Source: Vicugna vicugna (lineage: Eukaryota). Taken from it: a DNA stretch of 64,000 bases. The stretch lies in assembly GCA_013265495.1 (NCBI GenBank), contig MU058844.1, forward strand, positions 2,707,520 to 2,771,519. The letters run 5' to 3'. A program made the translations under genes and the position numbers. Each line of letters opens with the position of its first letter. Position 1 is the first letter of the stretch. This document shows, in pieces, positions 27,971 to 40,912 of the stretch. The notes under the pieces are model-generated. The model did no database searches, had not been told where the DNA came from, and saw only the letters and a list, made by a program, of their open reading frames with translations.

Positions 27971-28267
27971 TAAAGGAAGGTATCTGTCTGCTAAATGAAA
28001 ACCCCAATATTTTTAGAAGAGCATAATATCATCTAGAGCTTCCACTGTTTTACATCCACAATTCTAATCTCACAATTCTAACTTAAGAAATCTAATTAAA
28101 GTTAACTCATCATGATAAAATGGAGGGCCAATACATAAGAAATAAGGAATCCATAGGCAAAAGAAAAGGTAATTTATAGTCCCTAAAGTAAGTATAACAT
28201 ACTCAATAAAACAGAGAAACAGATTAAGACTTTCAGCAGAGAATTGGAACCCATTAAAAAAATAATT

Positions 28268-28450
28268 CTAGAACTATACTATCTAATACATTAACCATTA
28301 GCCAATTGTGGCTGTTTAAACTTAAATTAATTGAAGTTACAAAATAAAATTTAAAAGTCAGTTCCTTCTTCACACTAGCCACATTTCAAGAGCTCAACAG
28401 CCACATGTGGTGGATGCCTACCATATTAAATAGTACAAATTATAGTACTT
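28268..28450. mobile_element. MER3/MER33-like DNA transposon
   Basis: 'cacactagccacatttcaagagctcaacagccacatgtgg...ctaccatatt'. Confidence 0.85.
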
Positions 28451-28589
28451 TTTCACAAACCAGAAATAAAAATCATAATTGAAACTGAGAAATCAAAATA
28501 GGCTTAATATTAGACTGAACAAAGCAAAATAGCAGATGAAAAAACTGGAAAAGAAGTAATTAGAAAATTATTTTTAAAAAATAATTATT

Positions 28590-31035
28590 CAGTCTCTGGA
28601 TATTGTCTTAAGGGCATACAGAAAGTATAAGGATATTCACTCAAGGAAATCTACTAAATCTCAGTAAGAACAATGAGTGTCTGTGGCATTTGAGTAATTC
28701 CTTGCTTCCTTTCCCTATACCTTGCACCAGTCCAGATTTATGAAAACTCTATTCTGGGTACATGCAAATAAGCCTAGGACTCCCTCTCCCTCCAGTTCTA
28801 AGTATAAGGCTATAGTTTCACTAGTATTTCTCATAGCTCCTAGCTCCATGTAGCAAAGCTCTAGTCTACGTGGGAACAGTGAAGAAAACTAAGCCTCTCT
28901 TTGCCCACCCAGTCTCTACTTATATAGAAGTATCTATAGAGAAGAATCTTTATTTCAGGGGAAAAAAAAGTTCAGGAATACTGGAGTCATAATCAGCCCT
29001 ACACGAGGTCACCTGTAGGATTAAGGTTCCATGCCCAGCGGACAATCCAGAAAGACAGGAGCTACTCTTACTTCTTGTGTTCTCTTGTAGAGTTGAGTTG
29101 TGACTCTGGGAGAAATAAACCTCCATCCTCACCCCCAGCTACTGTGCAAAGGCACAGTTTCTTTTCAGCGGAAGAGATAACTTATAAGGGGAATGAATGT
29201 ATTTAATATGTTTGGAACAAAGTATGGGGGATTTCATACCTAAGGGTCATACCCTAGGATGTACCCTCTCAAGAGTAACTAGAGAAAAAACATCCAAGCT
29301 ACTAGCCTCTGACTGAATATGTGGGAAAAATTGTAAACTCCTTGAACTATGACACAGATTCCAAGCCCAGTATACAAATTCAATAGTAAAAAATTAAAAT
29401 CTACAGTAGTAAGGTGACTAAAATACAACCTCTGACCAATAAATGACTTATGCTGCCACGGGGATAGTAGCTGCTTACAGACAAAACCAATAAGAAAAAT
29501 CTGAGCAAAGATATCAGAAACTAAATATTAAAGAAGAAAACAGACTTCACAGAATTAGTTTAGTCACCTCAGTAAACAAACAAATGACCAAGCAAAATCA
29601 GCACTGACATTACCCCCAAATGGATCAGTAACCAGTATTACTACAAAATATTATCTAAAATGACCATTTTTCACCAAAATTTGCAAGACATGCAAAGACA
29701 TAGGAAGTGTAACCCATACGTAGTCTTTTTTAAGCTGACAACAAAACTGCTTTGAAGTTACCAACTCTTAGATTTAACAGAAACTTCATATTGCACTTAT
29801 AACTATGTTTAAAGAACGAAAGGAAACCATGTTTAAATAATTAAAGAAGTATCATAAAAATGTTTCATCAAACAGAAAATGTACAAAAAGAAGTATAAGT
29901 TATAAAAAGAAAGACCAAATGGGAATTCTGGAGTTGCATACTACAATAACTAAAATGAAACTAAAATTATTACAGGGGCTCAATAGTAGTTTTCAGCTGG
30001 TAGAGAAAATAATCAGTAAGCTTTAATATGGATCAAAAGAAAGTATGCAATATAAAAAAAGGAGAGAGAAAAGAATAGAGAAAAAAGAACAGAGCCTCAG
30101 ATAAGGTGTGGGACAATATTATACTCATCAATAGACACATAATGGAAGTACCAGAAAGAGAGAAGGAAGTGTGAAAGGAGCAGGAGTGGAAAAAATATTG
30201 GAAGAAACAACAGTTGAAAAACTTCCCAAATTTGATGAAAACATTATTCTACATATGCAAGAAGCTCAATAAACTGCAAACAGGATAAAGGCAAAGACAT
30301 GATTAACAGCAGACTCCTCATTATAAATAGTGAAAGCCGTAAGACAGTGGGCTGTCATAATCAAAGTTCTCAAATTAAAATAAAGCAAAATCTGTCAATC
30401 AAGAATTCTTGGTCAAGCAAAACTATCTTATAAAAATGAAGCTGAAATAAAGACATCCCAAGACAAATATGTCAAAAGAATTTGTTGCTAACACACCAGC
30501 CTTACAAGCAATATGCAAAGAGGTTCTTCAGATTGAAATTAAGAGACACCAGATAGTAATTTAAACTCTGCACACACAAAAAAACAGAGTACCAGTAATG
30601 ATAATCAGGGAAATCATAAAAGATATTGTTATTGTGTATTTATTCTCCTTTTTTTTTTCTCTTAGTTTATTTAAAAGACAGTTGCATGAACTTGTTTTAG
30701 TTCTAACATACAAAGAGCTTAGAATTCTTCACAGTCATCGTGACAACTGGGAAAAGTTAAATAAACTGAAAATCAAAGACTTTCCTTGGACCTACCAGAG
30801 AATTAAGTTTACAAGGCAAGCTGACACTCCAAAATTTGGAGAGGAAGGTGAATTGAGAGTCACAGCAGAGCTCTATTACCTGGAACAGAAGCTCTTGGAG
30901 CCATAAGCTAGCCTGTCCTGTAAGAAATGTTAAATGTTCTTCAAGGAAAGAAAAATGATATAGGTCAGAAACTCAGATCTACACAAAGAAAAGAAAAGCA
31001 TTGGAAAAGAAATATCTGAAAGTAAAATAAAACCT
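28590..31035 (+). mobile_element. Old L1M 5'UTR/ORF1 remnants (probably two deleted elements)
   Basis: A-rich ORF1-like sequence 'aaaacttcccaaatttgatgaaaacatt...caagaagctcaataaact' and 'aaaactatcttataaaaatgaagctgaaataaagacat'; a second 5'-like segment from ~30690. Confidence 0.78.
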
Positions 31036-32779
31036 CTCTGTTTCACTTCCTTCCATCTGTTTTCTGAATTTAAGTGTGTTTTGTACATTTATACTGGGCA
31101 GCTCCTGCATTCCTACTTGAACCACAACTAAGTCAAAGAGCTCCTGCCAGTGGATATACCCTATTTCCATTGTTCAAAATAAGGATGAGCTAGTTTTCTC
31201 TTCTGGGAGGTGTCATCTAGTTTGCACTACGGTGCACTGCCAGCCTTTCCAGGAATGTGCACCTCTGTTTAATGTTCATGGTTTTTGGAAAACCCATCCT
31301 CTCACATCATAGTTTGTGTTAATATGGTTTCTAATTTTGTCAAAGATGGAGACTGTATTTCTGCTTTTCTTTCTATTATTGGAGGGTAATTTCAAAGAAG
31401 ACAAAGAAGTAGAGCTGTCTTCTCCAATATTTTAAAACCAGAGTGTTTCTGTTCGTATTTTACACATAATGCATTTGAGATAAGATACTAGAAACTATTA
31501 AACAAAATATTTTTTACTCTTTTTTTTTAAATCATAGTTTTATAATTCTCTATATACTTTGAAATAATACTCAGCACTTCAGGAGAGAAAGAAAATATCT
31601 TCATGTCTTGACTTGGGCTTTCCCAAAGGTCTTGTGGAGATAAGACTCCATACTTATGCTTTGTGGTAAAAGAAAATAAGCCAATAAATAATAAAAAATA
31701 TTACCTAAGATATGCCAAACAAACTTTGGGGCTCTGACTATAGTTTTTCCTTTTAGCTATATTTATAGAGCACAGAGATATGACATAGGGGGGTAGGTCC
31801 TTCATGGTAGGAATAGTGCCTTTGTAATGAGAGAGTGGCAGAAATACAAGCTTCAAGTATCTGGGTTCTCTTCTTGTTGTGATCAAAATATAGGAGAAAG
31901 TTGCAAGAGGTGACAGAAATGCCAAGATAGGTGGTATTTGTGTCTTTGTGTGTCTTAAATAGGAATATGCAAGAGCATATCTTAGGAAAATTGTAAGCTC
32001 TATGGAGAGCCCTATGACTAAACGGGCATTGTAGCAATGAGGAGGAACCCAAAAGTAAATAAGAAGTGGCTAAGATGTCTAGCATACGGATCTGATATAG
32101 GACTCCTAGTTCTCCATGATTGGTGTGAAACAAGGGAAAAATCTACAAGTTTCTAGATGCCTGGTTCAGAATTGTTGAAACAACTGGTGTAGCAGGAGAA
32201 GCCTGGGCTTGTGAGGAAGAAGCCTCACAGCATGACGACCCTGAGATCAGAGATTACGGCATGTCAGAGAGATTTCAGGAACATTTACCATTACATCAAC
32301 CTTAAACTAGTCAAATTCTCAGAGACTGCAAGCACAGCTCTACAGATTAATGGATTAAGGCTAATCTACGTGACTGCAACTGAGATCAGCAGAGAAATAC
32401 AGGACAGCAGGCAACTCTAAGCTCCATTTCTTTGAGATCAGAATGCATTTTACCCTCCTCTATATCCAGGCACCAAATCATGAGGGACCAGGGAAGGAAA
32501 GCCTGGCTGCTAAAAGAAAAGAAAAAGACCTGATGAGGAGGGCTCTGAAGTGACTCAAAGAAGCTCTTTTAAAACTTAAGAAACTGAAATATGTTTAATT
32601 GGCAAGTTTATTCATTTTTCTGCCAATAAACAGAAAAATAGATTCCTAAGGACATGTTATCAGTTACAGAAAAATTATTATTTTGATTTGTTTCTGCATG
32701 CAAAATGCTACACAAAATTGAAATTATATTGTATATGTAAAATTTTACCCAGTTTTAACTTATAATGTTATAAAAATCA

Positions 32780-33560
32780 TTTTCCATTTTATTGAAACTC
32801 TTTTAATAGATACCTTTCACATCTCTTGGCAAAGCAGCTTCTTTTGCCTCTCTCTAGTCTGAATTTTTACATTAGAATATTTAAATAATCTACAATCAGT
32901 TTTATTTTCTTATTTGAGAAGATCTATTTTTCCCCCAAACACCTAACCAATTGTCCCACCTCTTTGTACTGAATAACTCTTCCTTGACTCACTGACTGTT
33001 TCCATTTTACTATGTATTAAATTACATAATAGAATTTATTTTTAGTCAAATTACATGTTCACACTTTCTGTACTGATTTAATAATTATAGTTTCGGAATA
33101 TGTTTTAATATCTGGGAGGGCTAATCTAGCTCAACATTGTTCTTTTTCCTTATTCTTAGCTATTTTCCACCTTTCTTCATGTAGATAAATTTTGAAATCA
33201 CAATGTCAAGATTTAAAAGGAAAATGTCACTGACATTTTGACTGCGATTGGATTGGATTTGTGCATTAATTGTTGTACCTCATCTGGAATGTGATATGTC
33301 TCTATATGTTTTTTTTTTGCATATTTGTTGGGTAATATATTTGTTAGCTTTGAGTTGTTTGTACATACAAGTCACACATGCTTTTTTAAAAGGTAATAGT
33401 TATATTACTTCTCATTTACTGTTGTATTTATACTAGTATATAGGAACTATACTAATTTGTTGTATATTTTTATATGCACAGTCATTTATAGAGCTGTTAT
33501 TAGTTCTAACCGTTTTACAGGTAGATTGTTTTGGCTTTCTAGTTGGTTCTTGTATTTTAC
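32780..33560 (-). mobile_element. Very old L1 (L1M5/ME-like) fragment
   Basis: 'gtagataaattttgaaatcacaatgtcaag...gacattttgactgcgattggattggatttg' antisense ORF2. Confidence 0.6.
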
Positions 33561-35154
33561 TGAGAATCACTCCCTGCTTTATACTAGACTTGCCCTGTTT
33601 CCTTTTTGTCCCAGGGCACATAGATCAGTGCTGCTTCTGCTTCTGCCTGCTTTAACAATATGGTACATTTTCAACTTGCAGTCATACTGCTTTCTTCTCC
33701 ATGGGCTCCAAGGATGACAGTGTGCATTGGAACAAAACAAACCATGCCATAAATATGCATTACTTATAATGTATTGATTAACAATATCTGTGCTCAAAAA
33801 AGCAATTAAATAAGATTACATATTGTAGCAGTTTCCAAACAGTGCCCTACAACCATAAACTATAATTTGTGGTACACAGCACAAGTGATGAAATGCACAA
33901 ACAGCCTGTGGTCCTGGTGAAAGACGCTAATGCTTTCAAAAGATCAGCCACTGCTTATAGTTCAAAGACTGAAGATGTTATATCTTCCTTCGACAGTAAA
34001 TCAGGTGTTCTGGGCAGCCTCACCATCTGGAAAGATCCAGTCAGTATCTCCTTAATTGGATCTACCTGAGTGGGGGTATGTGCTCTGGGAAAACTTAATC
34101 CCTTTAAAGGAAACATTTTTCTCTTGACTTCATAATTACCATGCAGATATTCTTAACTAGATAAAGATTCCTTCTGCTGCAACACTTGAATGCAGGAGAA
34201 AAACCACTCAAAGAAACAAGGTGTTTGGTATCACTTTTCCTGTGCAAATTCCCTGGGATCAGAAATAGGGGTTCTGTCCTATGTAGGTGAGCCCTGTCTC
34301 CATTCTGGTAGAGGAATCAGGAGACTGGCCCCTCAGTGGCTGCCATCCCTAGGACTCTCACTGTTAGCAGAGTCCCCCACAGGGCTTGTTGTCAGTTGCA
34401 TTTCCTTTGTTCCTGCCCTTTATCTCAGAGCCACTGACCTGATGCTGCTTTCGCTGAGGAAAAATAAGGATACCTGTAGATATTCACAGGGGTCTGAGTG
34501 GGAGGCTTGACATCACAGTAACTCAGAAAAAGATAAAAAGGTGGAGCTAGCAAACAGCAGCACACACAAACTGCAACTTTATTTGGAGTTGCTATAGTTG
34601 AACAACAAAGGAACCAGGTTGACTCATTTGGTTTATATTGTACTGGAGTGATGGGGTTATTTTAGTGAGTGTCCTAGCTCTTCTTTCTAGAGTGTCAAAT
34701 AGAAATGGATTGGTTCAAGCCCTAGTGAATACAGTTGGCTCATAATATAGTTTGCATTTAAATCAAATTTATAGTTGCCTAAAATAGATTCTCCAACTGT
34801 GCAGAAGTCATATAAGTACAGGCAGAATGAGAAGAGTGCTTTTTGCCATTCATTCAAAAGCACATCAGTTGCTAAAGATACACTTTTCAATTGTTCTCTG
34901 TCCTACTGAGACTATTGCAAGGATTCAGTTTCTCCTCAGTTACACTAAAATGATGCACTTTTGTCTGCTGCTGTTTTAAATCCCTATCATCCCTAAATGT
35001 GTTTCTCTATAATACTAAAAGGTGTCAATAAAACACCAGGGGGCTCAAAAGTTTGTTTTTTTCTTTCTTTCTCCTTCTTGGATTTCTTTTTTTTTTTTTC
35101 CTTCTTTCTTCATTTTTTAGAATTCACAGGTATAGTGTAGCTTCATTCTTCCCC

Positions 35155-35367
35155 AGCAATGGTTGTCAGCCAGGGCAATTTTGCTTGCAGGGTACACTTG
35201 GCAATATTTGGAGACAATTTTAGTTATCATAACTGTATGAGGGTGACTACTGGCTAGTGGATAGAGACCAGAGATGCTACTAAACACCCTACATTGCACA
35301 GAACAGCCCTCACAGCAAAGATTTATCCACTCCATATGCCAATAGGTTAGAGATTGAAAAATCCTGT
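35155..35367. mobile_element. MER20 (hAT-Charlie)
   Basis: Same motifs as the copy at 25525: 'cacttggcaatatttggagacaatttt...gagaccagagatgctactaaacaccctaca'. Confidence 0.88.
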
Positions 35368-35461
35368 CTAGGAGAAACAAATAAGATTAATCAGGCTTAA
35401 CTTTCATATAATTTTTTAGAGATGGTGAATTTACATGATTTTACTATGTGATTTTGAATTT

Positions 35462-35635
35462 TTTTTTTATCTTTTTTTGATTGAAGTACTGATTGAAGTA
35501 CAGTCAGTTACAGTGTCAATTTCTGGTGTACAGCACAATGTCCCAGTCATGCATGTTCATACATATATTTGTTTTCATATTTTTTCCATTAAAGTTTATT
35601 ACAAGATATTGAACATAGTTCCCTGTGCTATACAA
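35462..35635 (-). mobile_element. Very short 5'-truncated young L1 3'UTR insertion
   Basis: Poly(T) at left; antisense L1 3'UTR; 13-bp TSD TGATTTTGAATTT at 35449-35461 and 35636-35648. Confidence 0.88.
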
Positions 35636-36135
35636 TGATTTTGAATTTAAATAGAGGAATTAGTGCCCATGGACCCTTCTACAGACAGAGCTTTCCATAA
35701 AATCATCACTAAATCATTAAAATCCTTACTTTTTCTTAAATCCACCATTAGATTTATCTCAAGGTCTGGTGTTACTTTTCTATTTCATAGTCTCTTCTTT
35801 TATATTGCTAATGTGTCTCATTGAAAGAATTTTCACATAAATTTAGAAAATTCTTTGCAGTTTCATTCACCTGACAAGGGTGATATTTAAAACAATTTTA
35901 AGTTTTTGAATGTTTCTGAGATGGATACATTTTTATATGTATTTTAATTTTTTTGAGGTAAGGTGAGGAAACTCTACTGAAACTTACCTAGTTGATTTCA
36001 TATATTTATATTCCTCAGTTAAACTTGAGTTTCATTCCTATGTTCAACAGTTTTATTTTTTATTCTTACTTTTTACAAGGGTTCAGATGGGAAATATCAG
36101 CCTTTGAACTTTTTCGTAAAATAAAATTTCCCTAC

Positions 36136-36370
36136 TGCTATGGACTGAATGTTTGTCCCACTGAAGTCACATATTGAAACCCTAATCCCCAATGTGGTGG
36201 TATTTGAAGATGAGGCCTTTAGGAGGTAATTAGGTCAGGAGTTTGGAGTCTACATGGTGGGATTAGTGCCTTTGTAAGAAAAGATGCCCCTGTAAGAAGA
36301 GACAGGAGAGAGCTTGCTTGTTTTCTCTCTCTCTCTCTTCCTCTCTTTGTGTGTGTGTCTCTCTCTGTGT
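36136..36370 (+). mobile_element. MLT1A-like MaLR LTR, 5' half, ending in (CT)n/(GT)n
   Basis: 'tgctatggactgaatgtttgtccc...gaaaccctaatccccaatgtggtggtatttgaag'. Confidence 0.85.
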
Positions 36371-36639
36371 CTCTCTATACACATTTTGTAAGCAGTTTGT
36401 CAGTCACGGTGTGTCAGGGACCAGAAATGAATACAAAAATAGATGAGTAGACAACAAAGAACCAATATAATAATGCAGAACCAGAATAACAAAAGATGCT
36501 GACCCAGCACCCACCGCTGACCCAGCGGTGAATATCACAGTTATTTCCTTAATTATTCTAGATCCATCCTGAACGAAGAAACTCAGGAAGGACTGATAGT
36601 TAAACCAGAATAATCTCATGTATCAATAATGTATTATCA

Positions 36640-36776
36640 GGGGGAGGGTATAGCTCAGTGGTAGAGTGCATGCCTAGCATGCAGAAGGTCCTGGATTCAA
36701 TCCCCAGTACTTCCATTAAAAAATAAATAAATGAGCTTAATAACTTCACCCAAAAAAATTTTAAAAAATAAAAATA
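36640..36776 (+). mobile_element. tRNA-Ala-derived SINE (camelid Vic-1-like)
   Basis: Same head as the copy at 19239; A-rich tail; 15-bp TSD AATAATGTATTATCA at 36625-36639 and ~36777-36791. Confidence 0.93.
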
Positions 36777-39364
36777 AATAATGTATTATCAATTAATTTT
36801 TAAATCTTCCAATATCTACTCAGTGTTTGCCATGCTTCAAACAATGATCCGGATGCTGAGGATCCAGAATGAATAGATAGGTATGTTCTTGTTCATTGTA
36901 TTGCTATATAAATAAATTATTTAACAAACTAAATATAGTTTATCTCATAGTTTGAGATGTCATTCTCAATTAAATTTTGTGTGTATTATCTTGAATAGAA
37001 AAAAACAAAAAAAACTTAAGTGTTGGATAGGGTAAAAAATGAACAGTGTGGACCTTGCTGATTTTTTGGAGTCACTACTGAGATGCCCTAAGTGGGTAAA
37101 ATTGCTCAGAATAGTTCCTAAAACTGTATTATTTTACTGGGATATACCAGTAGATTTAAGGACACAAACAGAGCTTCCTGGTTTTGTGTAAGTCCTTTTG
37201 GCTCCTTCAGTACTTCAATCATTATAAAAAGAAAATATCTGGGTAACTGAAAAAAAAAAAAAAGGTACAGTCATGTATGTAAAAGAAAAAGAGAATACAT
37301 GAAGGTAACTAAGTTATTGACAGTATTATTGAAAAATGGTTTTAAGTTTTTCCCTTCAAGATTTAGTTTAACAGTTTAATATCTTTGGTCTGAATACCAA
37401 AAGATTTTGTAGATACTGCAGCCGCAGCTTAATGTGCTATATTGAAATGAAGGTTTGAGGCGTATTATGATTTCAAATAATTACTCAAGATAACACTACA
37501 CTTCCAGAGTCAATAGATCAATGCCAACCAAGTAGCACGGAGGGGAGGAAAAAGAAAGAAAAAGGAGGAGCTGGGCAAGACTAAGACAGAAATAGGAGAG
37601 GGAAGAGACTAGATAGCTGTTAAGAAGGGAAGACTTTCCCTTTCCAATCTTAGCAGTCTTCTCACCTGTAGCAAGATCTGGACGTGATGTGTTACTCTTT
37701 TAACTTAGTCACATTTAACCTATTGCATTTTGCATAATAATTATTCTCTAATTGAAGAATTTTTTTAATGTAAATAAGCTATGAAGCTGATCAACATTCT
37801 TGAAATCATCAGCAGCCTTTCCTAGAAGCCACTGTTGACTTTATATAACCATAGGGAAGGAAAACAGTGAAGGATCAAGAATTTGTAATTAAGAGTAAGT
37901 GAATAATAAAATAATAAGAATTCTTGATTTCTCTCAAAAAGGGACTTGGAATACTTGTGGGCAAGGGAGGAGAGAAAACAAGTCATTATGCATTCAGAGA
38001 AAACACTTTGATAAATTTATTTTTTTCTCCTATAGTAATATTGGCAGTCATAAGCATGTGAACCCTAAAAATGAGAGAGAAATAATTCAGTTCAGCAAAA
38101 TCATACTGATGGGAATGGATATGTAAGAAATGTTGAACTCCATTTTGTAGGAAGTGTCCCTTTTCGTGTGCAGGAATTATGGAGTGGTTTAAATAAACTA
38201 GACAGTGTATTAGGTGTGTACAGGAGTTCACAGCTTGACTACTGGAGTTTTACTTTGCACCAAAGCTCAGCCCAGGGTGCTGCTTCCTCTCAATAATTCA
38301 CAATATTTAGAATGCAGCTGCCTAGACAAATGAAAGCACAGGATTTGGATAAAAACCCAGATTCTCTTTCCAGCTGTGCCTCCTTGACCCATATGGAAAA
38401 TGAGAAAATGGTCTTTCTTTACAAAGCACTTTGCAGCCTGAACCTTCTCTGTCTTTTCTTTCTCACCATTGGGGTATCAACACATTTACACACTGATGGA
38501 TTACAATGCCCTTAAGAAGTAAACTACAACTAAAGGGCCCAGAAGCAATTAAGATCATGGGAAAGTATGAAGCAAAGAGATTGATTTCCTAAAACCACAC
38601 ACAAAATTCATTTCTATTACTAGCTGCATGAGCTTCACACTTTTTGTCTGACTTCCTATCCCTGACCTCTTTTCCTAGGAATGTGGAGAGCCTGGGCTCA
38701 GAGGATCCTGCAGTTTGAGGAGCTGAGGTTGAGCATGTGAATGGAGGAGGGGAAATAAGCTTTCGGTTGAAGAACAAAGGGGATTGATGGCCGGGTATCA
38801 GATGAGGGTGTGGGAAGCAAATAGAGTTCAAACACTGGATCTAAATAGAGGGTGGTGGAGTACAGAGACCAGGTATCAGGAAGAGCCTCTGCAGTGAAGA
38901 ACACGCAAGGCAGTCAAGGCAGGTTTAGGGGGCAAAGCACAGAGATTCCTGGATATACTGGGAGCCATGGCACTGGAGCCCTTGTCATCTGCCACTGTTG
39001 AGCCCATGGGTGGGGGTGGGAACCTCGAAGATGAGCTGTTTTTACAGCTCTACATGTTCAGTTGTCTCCTTGGATATTACAGTTTTAGAAATGCATGGTA
39101 GGAAAAAAACAGGAGTTTTAAAGAAAAAGTGCTATGAAAAGAAATCTAATTTTCAAACAGAAAACAAGAAATTTGCACCTTTAGAGGCGAAAAATAAAGT
39201 CTCTGAATTAGTCCTAGTTTAATAAGTTAAAATGTTAGCTTGCTTACAAGATTTTTCTTCCACAGTTTATAAGCATCAAAATGGATTTATCATTCTGGGC
39301 AGTCCTTCTCCTCTTCCACCAGTGTAAATAGAGCCTGTTATTGTTAGAGACTGTTTATGCCATG

Positions 39365-39778
39365 GTGGTTCTATTAATCAGGATAAACTAGGGTATGCCT
39401 TGGTAACAAAGTAACCCAGAAATATCAGTTACTTAACACAACAAAAGTGTATTTCTATCTCATACTACATGTACATTGTGAGTCTGCATGTCAGCAGTTC
39501 TGTTTCATATTATCACATCACATAAGGGGAGGTTAACAGGATCCTCCATTCAGAGCATAGCTGGTAGTCATGATAGGAAAAAAGTCAGATTAGAGAAGCT
39601 CAGAGGCTTTCTATTGCCTCAACCTGAGGCTGGAACATCACACTCATGCGCATTTTATTGACCAGAGATGGTCTACTGGTCCCACCTACCTAAAGGAGGT
39701 TGGGAAGTATAATCTCCCCTAAAAAGGAATGAAAAGGAGAATTGGGTACTTGTGAGTATTAGTAATGTTTACTACATT
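39365..39778 (-). mobile_element. Old MaLR LTR (MLT1K/L-like)
   Basis: 'attaatcaggataaactagggtatgccttggtaacaa...cagttacttaacacaacaaaagtgtatttct'. Confidence 0.7.
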
Positions 39779-40324
39779 TGCTATTTTAAACTAATCATAA
39801 GATTCTGGAAAACCAACTTCTGGAGAAAAGAGAGGGACATAAGAAGGAAAAAAAATCGGGAAATGGACACAAGAAAGAATAACTGAAGGATCTTAACAGT
39901 AATTTGAAATTAGGGTGTTTCAGGTATTCTATAAATGTGCAGTTTCTGTACACTTGAGGTTTCCCTCAAATATGAAAAAAAAAATTATTGCTTGGGCCTA
40001 CTAAATGTAGGATTAGAAAAAAAAAGGTAGGATGGAATTCTTTCTGGACTTGTGAGACCAAAGAGCAGACAGGCTGACATCTAGACCGAGCACACTGCTG
40101 GGGTCTCGTACTTAATAGGAAATTAATCTTACACATATGTTCAGAGCATCATAAGAACTGAAAGGATGAGTTTCATTGACTGTGTAGTAAACAAGTAAAA
40201 CCAAATAAATCTTGAGAAAAAGGAAGGTAGGAAAAAAAAGAGCTAGAAATTCCAAAGGGCAAAATGGATAATTTTTAGGCCAGTATAGATAGGACTTCTT
40301 GAAGTTCAGATGGGGGGGCATCCT

Positions 40325-40912
40325 TTTATTTTTTTAATCTATTTTTATATAGAGTGGCTAACATTTGCAAATCTCAAACTCCCAAATTTATCCCTTCCAC
40401 CCTCTTTCCCTGGTAACCACAAGATTGTTTACTATGTCTGTAAATCTGTTTCTGTTTTGTATGTAAGTTCATAGTGGCCTTTTTCTTTTTCAGATTCCAC
40501 ATATGAGTGATATCATATGGTATTTTTATTTCTTTCTGCCTTACTTCACTTAGAATTATGACCACTAGTTCCATCCATGTTGCTGCAAATGGCATTATTT
40601 TATTCTTTTTTATGGCCGAGTAGTATTCCATTATATAAATATGCCACAACTTCTTTATCTAGTCATTTGTCGATGGACATTTAGGTTGCTTCCATGTCTT
40701 GGCTTGTATGTGGTGCTGCTATGAACACTGGGGTGCATGTATCTTTTCAAATTAAAGTTCCTTCCAGATCTATACCCAGAAGTGGGATTGCTGGATCGTT
40801 TGATAAGTCTACTTTAAATTTTTTGAGGAATCTCCATACTGTTTTCCATTATGGCTGCACCAAACTACATTCCCCCCAGCAGTGTAGGAGGGTTCTCTTT
40901 TCTCCACACCCC
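40325..40912 (-). mobile_element. 5'-truncated young L1 3' end
   Basis: ORF 40374-40649 (MWHIYIMEYYSAIKKNKIMPFAATW) is the ORF2 C-terminus; T-rich tail at left; imperfect TSD GGGGG(C)ATCCTT on both sides. Confidence 0.92.

Noticed and set aside
36561..36613. Plus-strand terminal exon (acceptor ...ttattctag|, SILNEETQEGLIVKPE*)
   Set aside because: No upstream partner exon or recognisable protein; the nearby AATAAA comes from the SINE tail.
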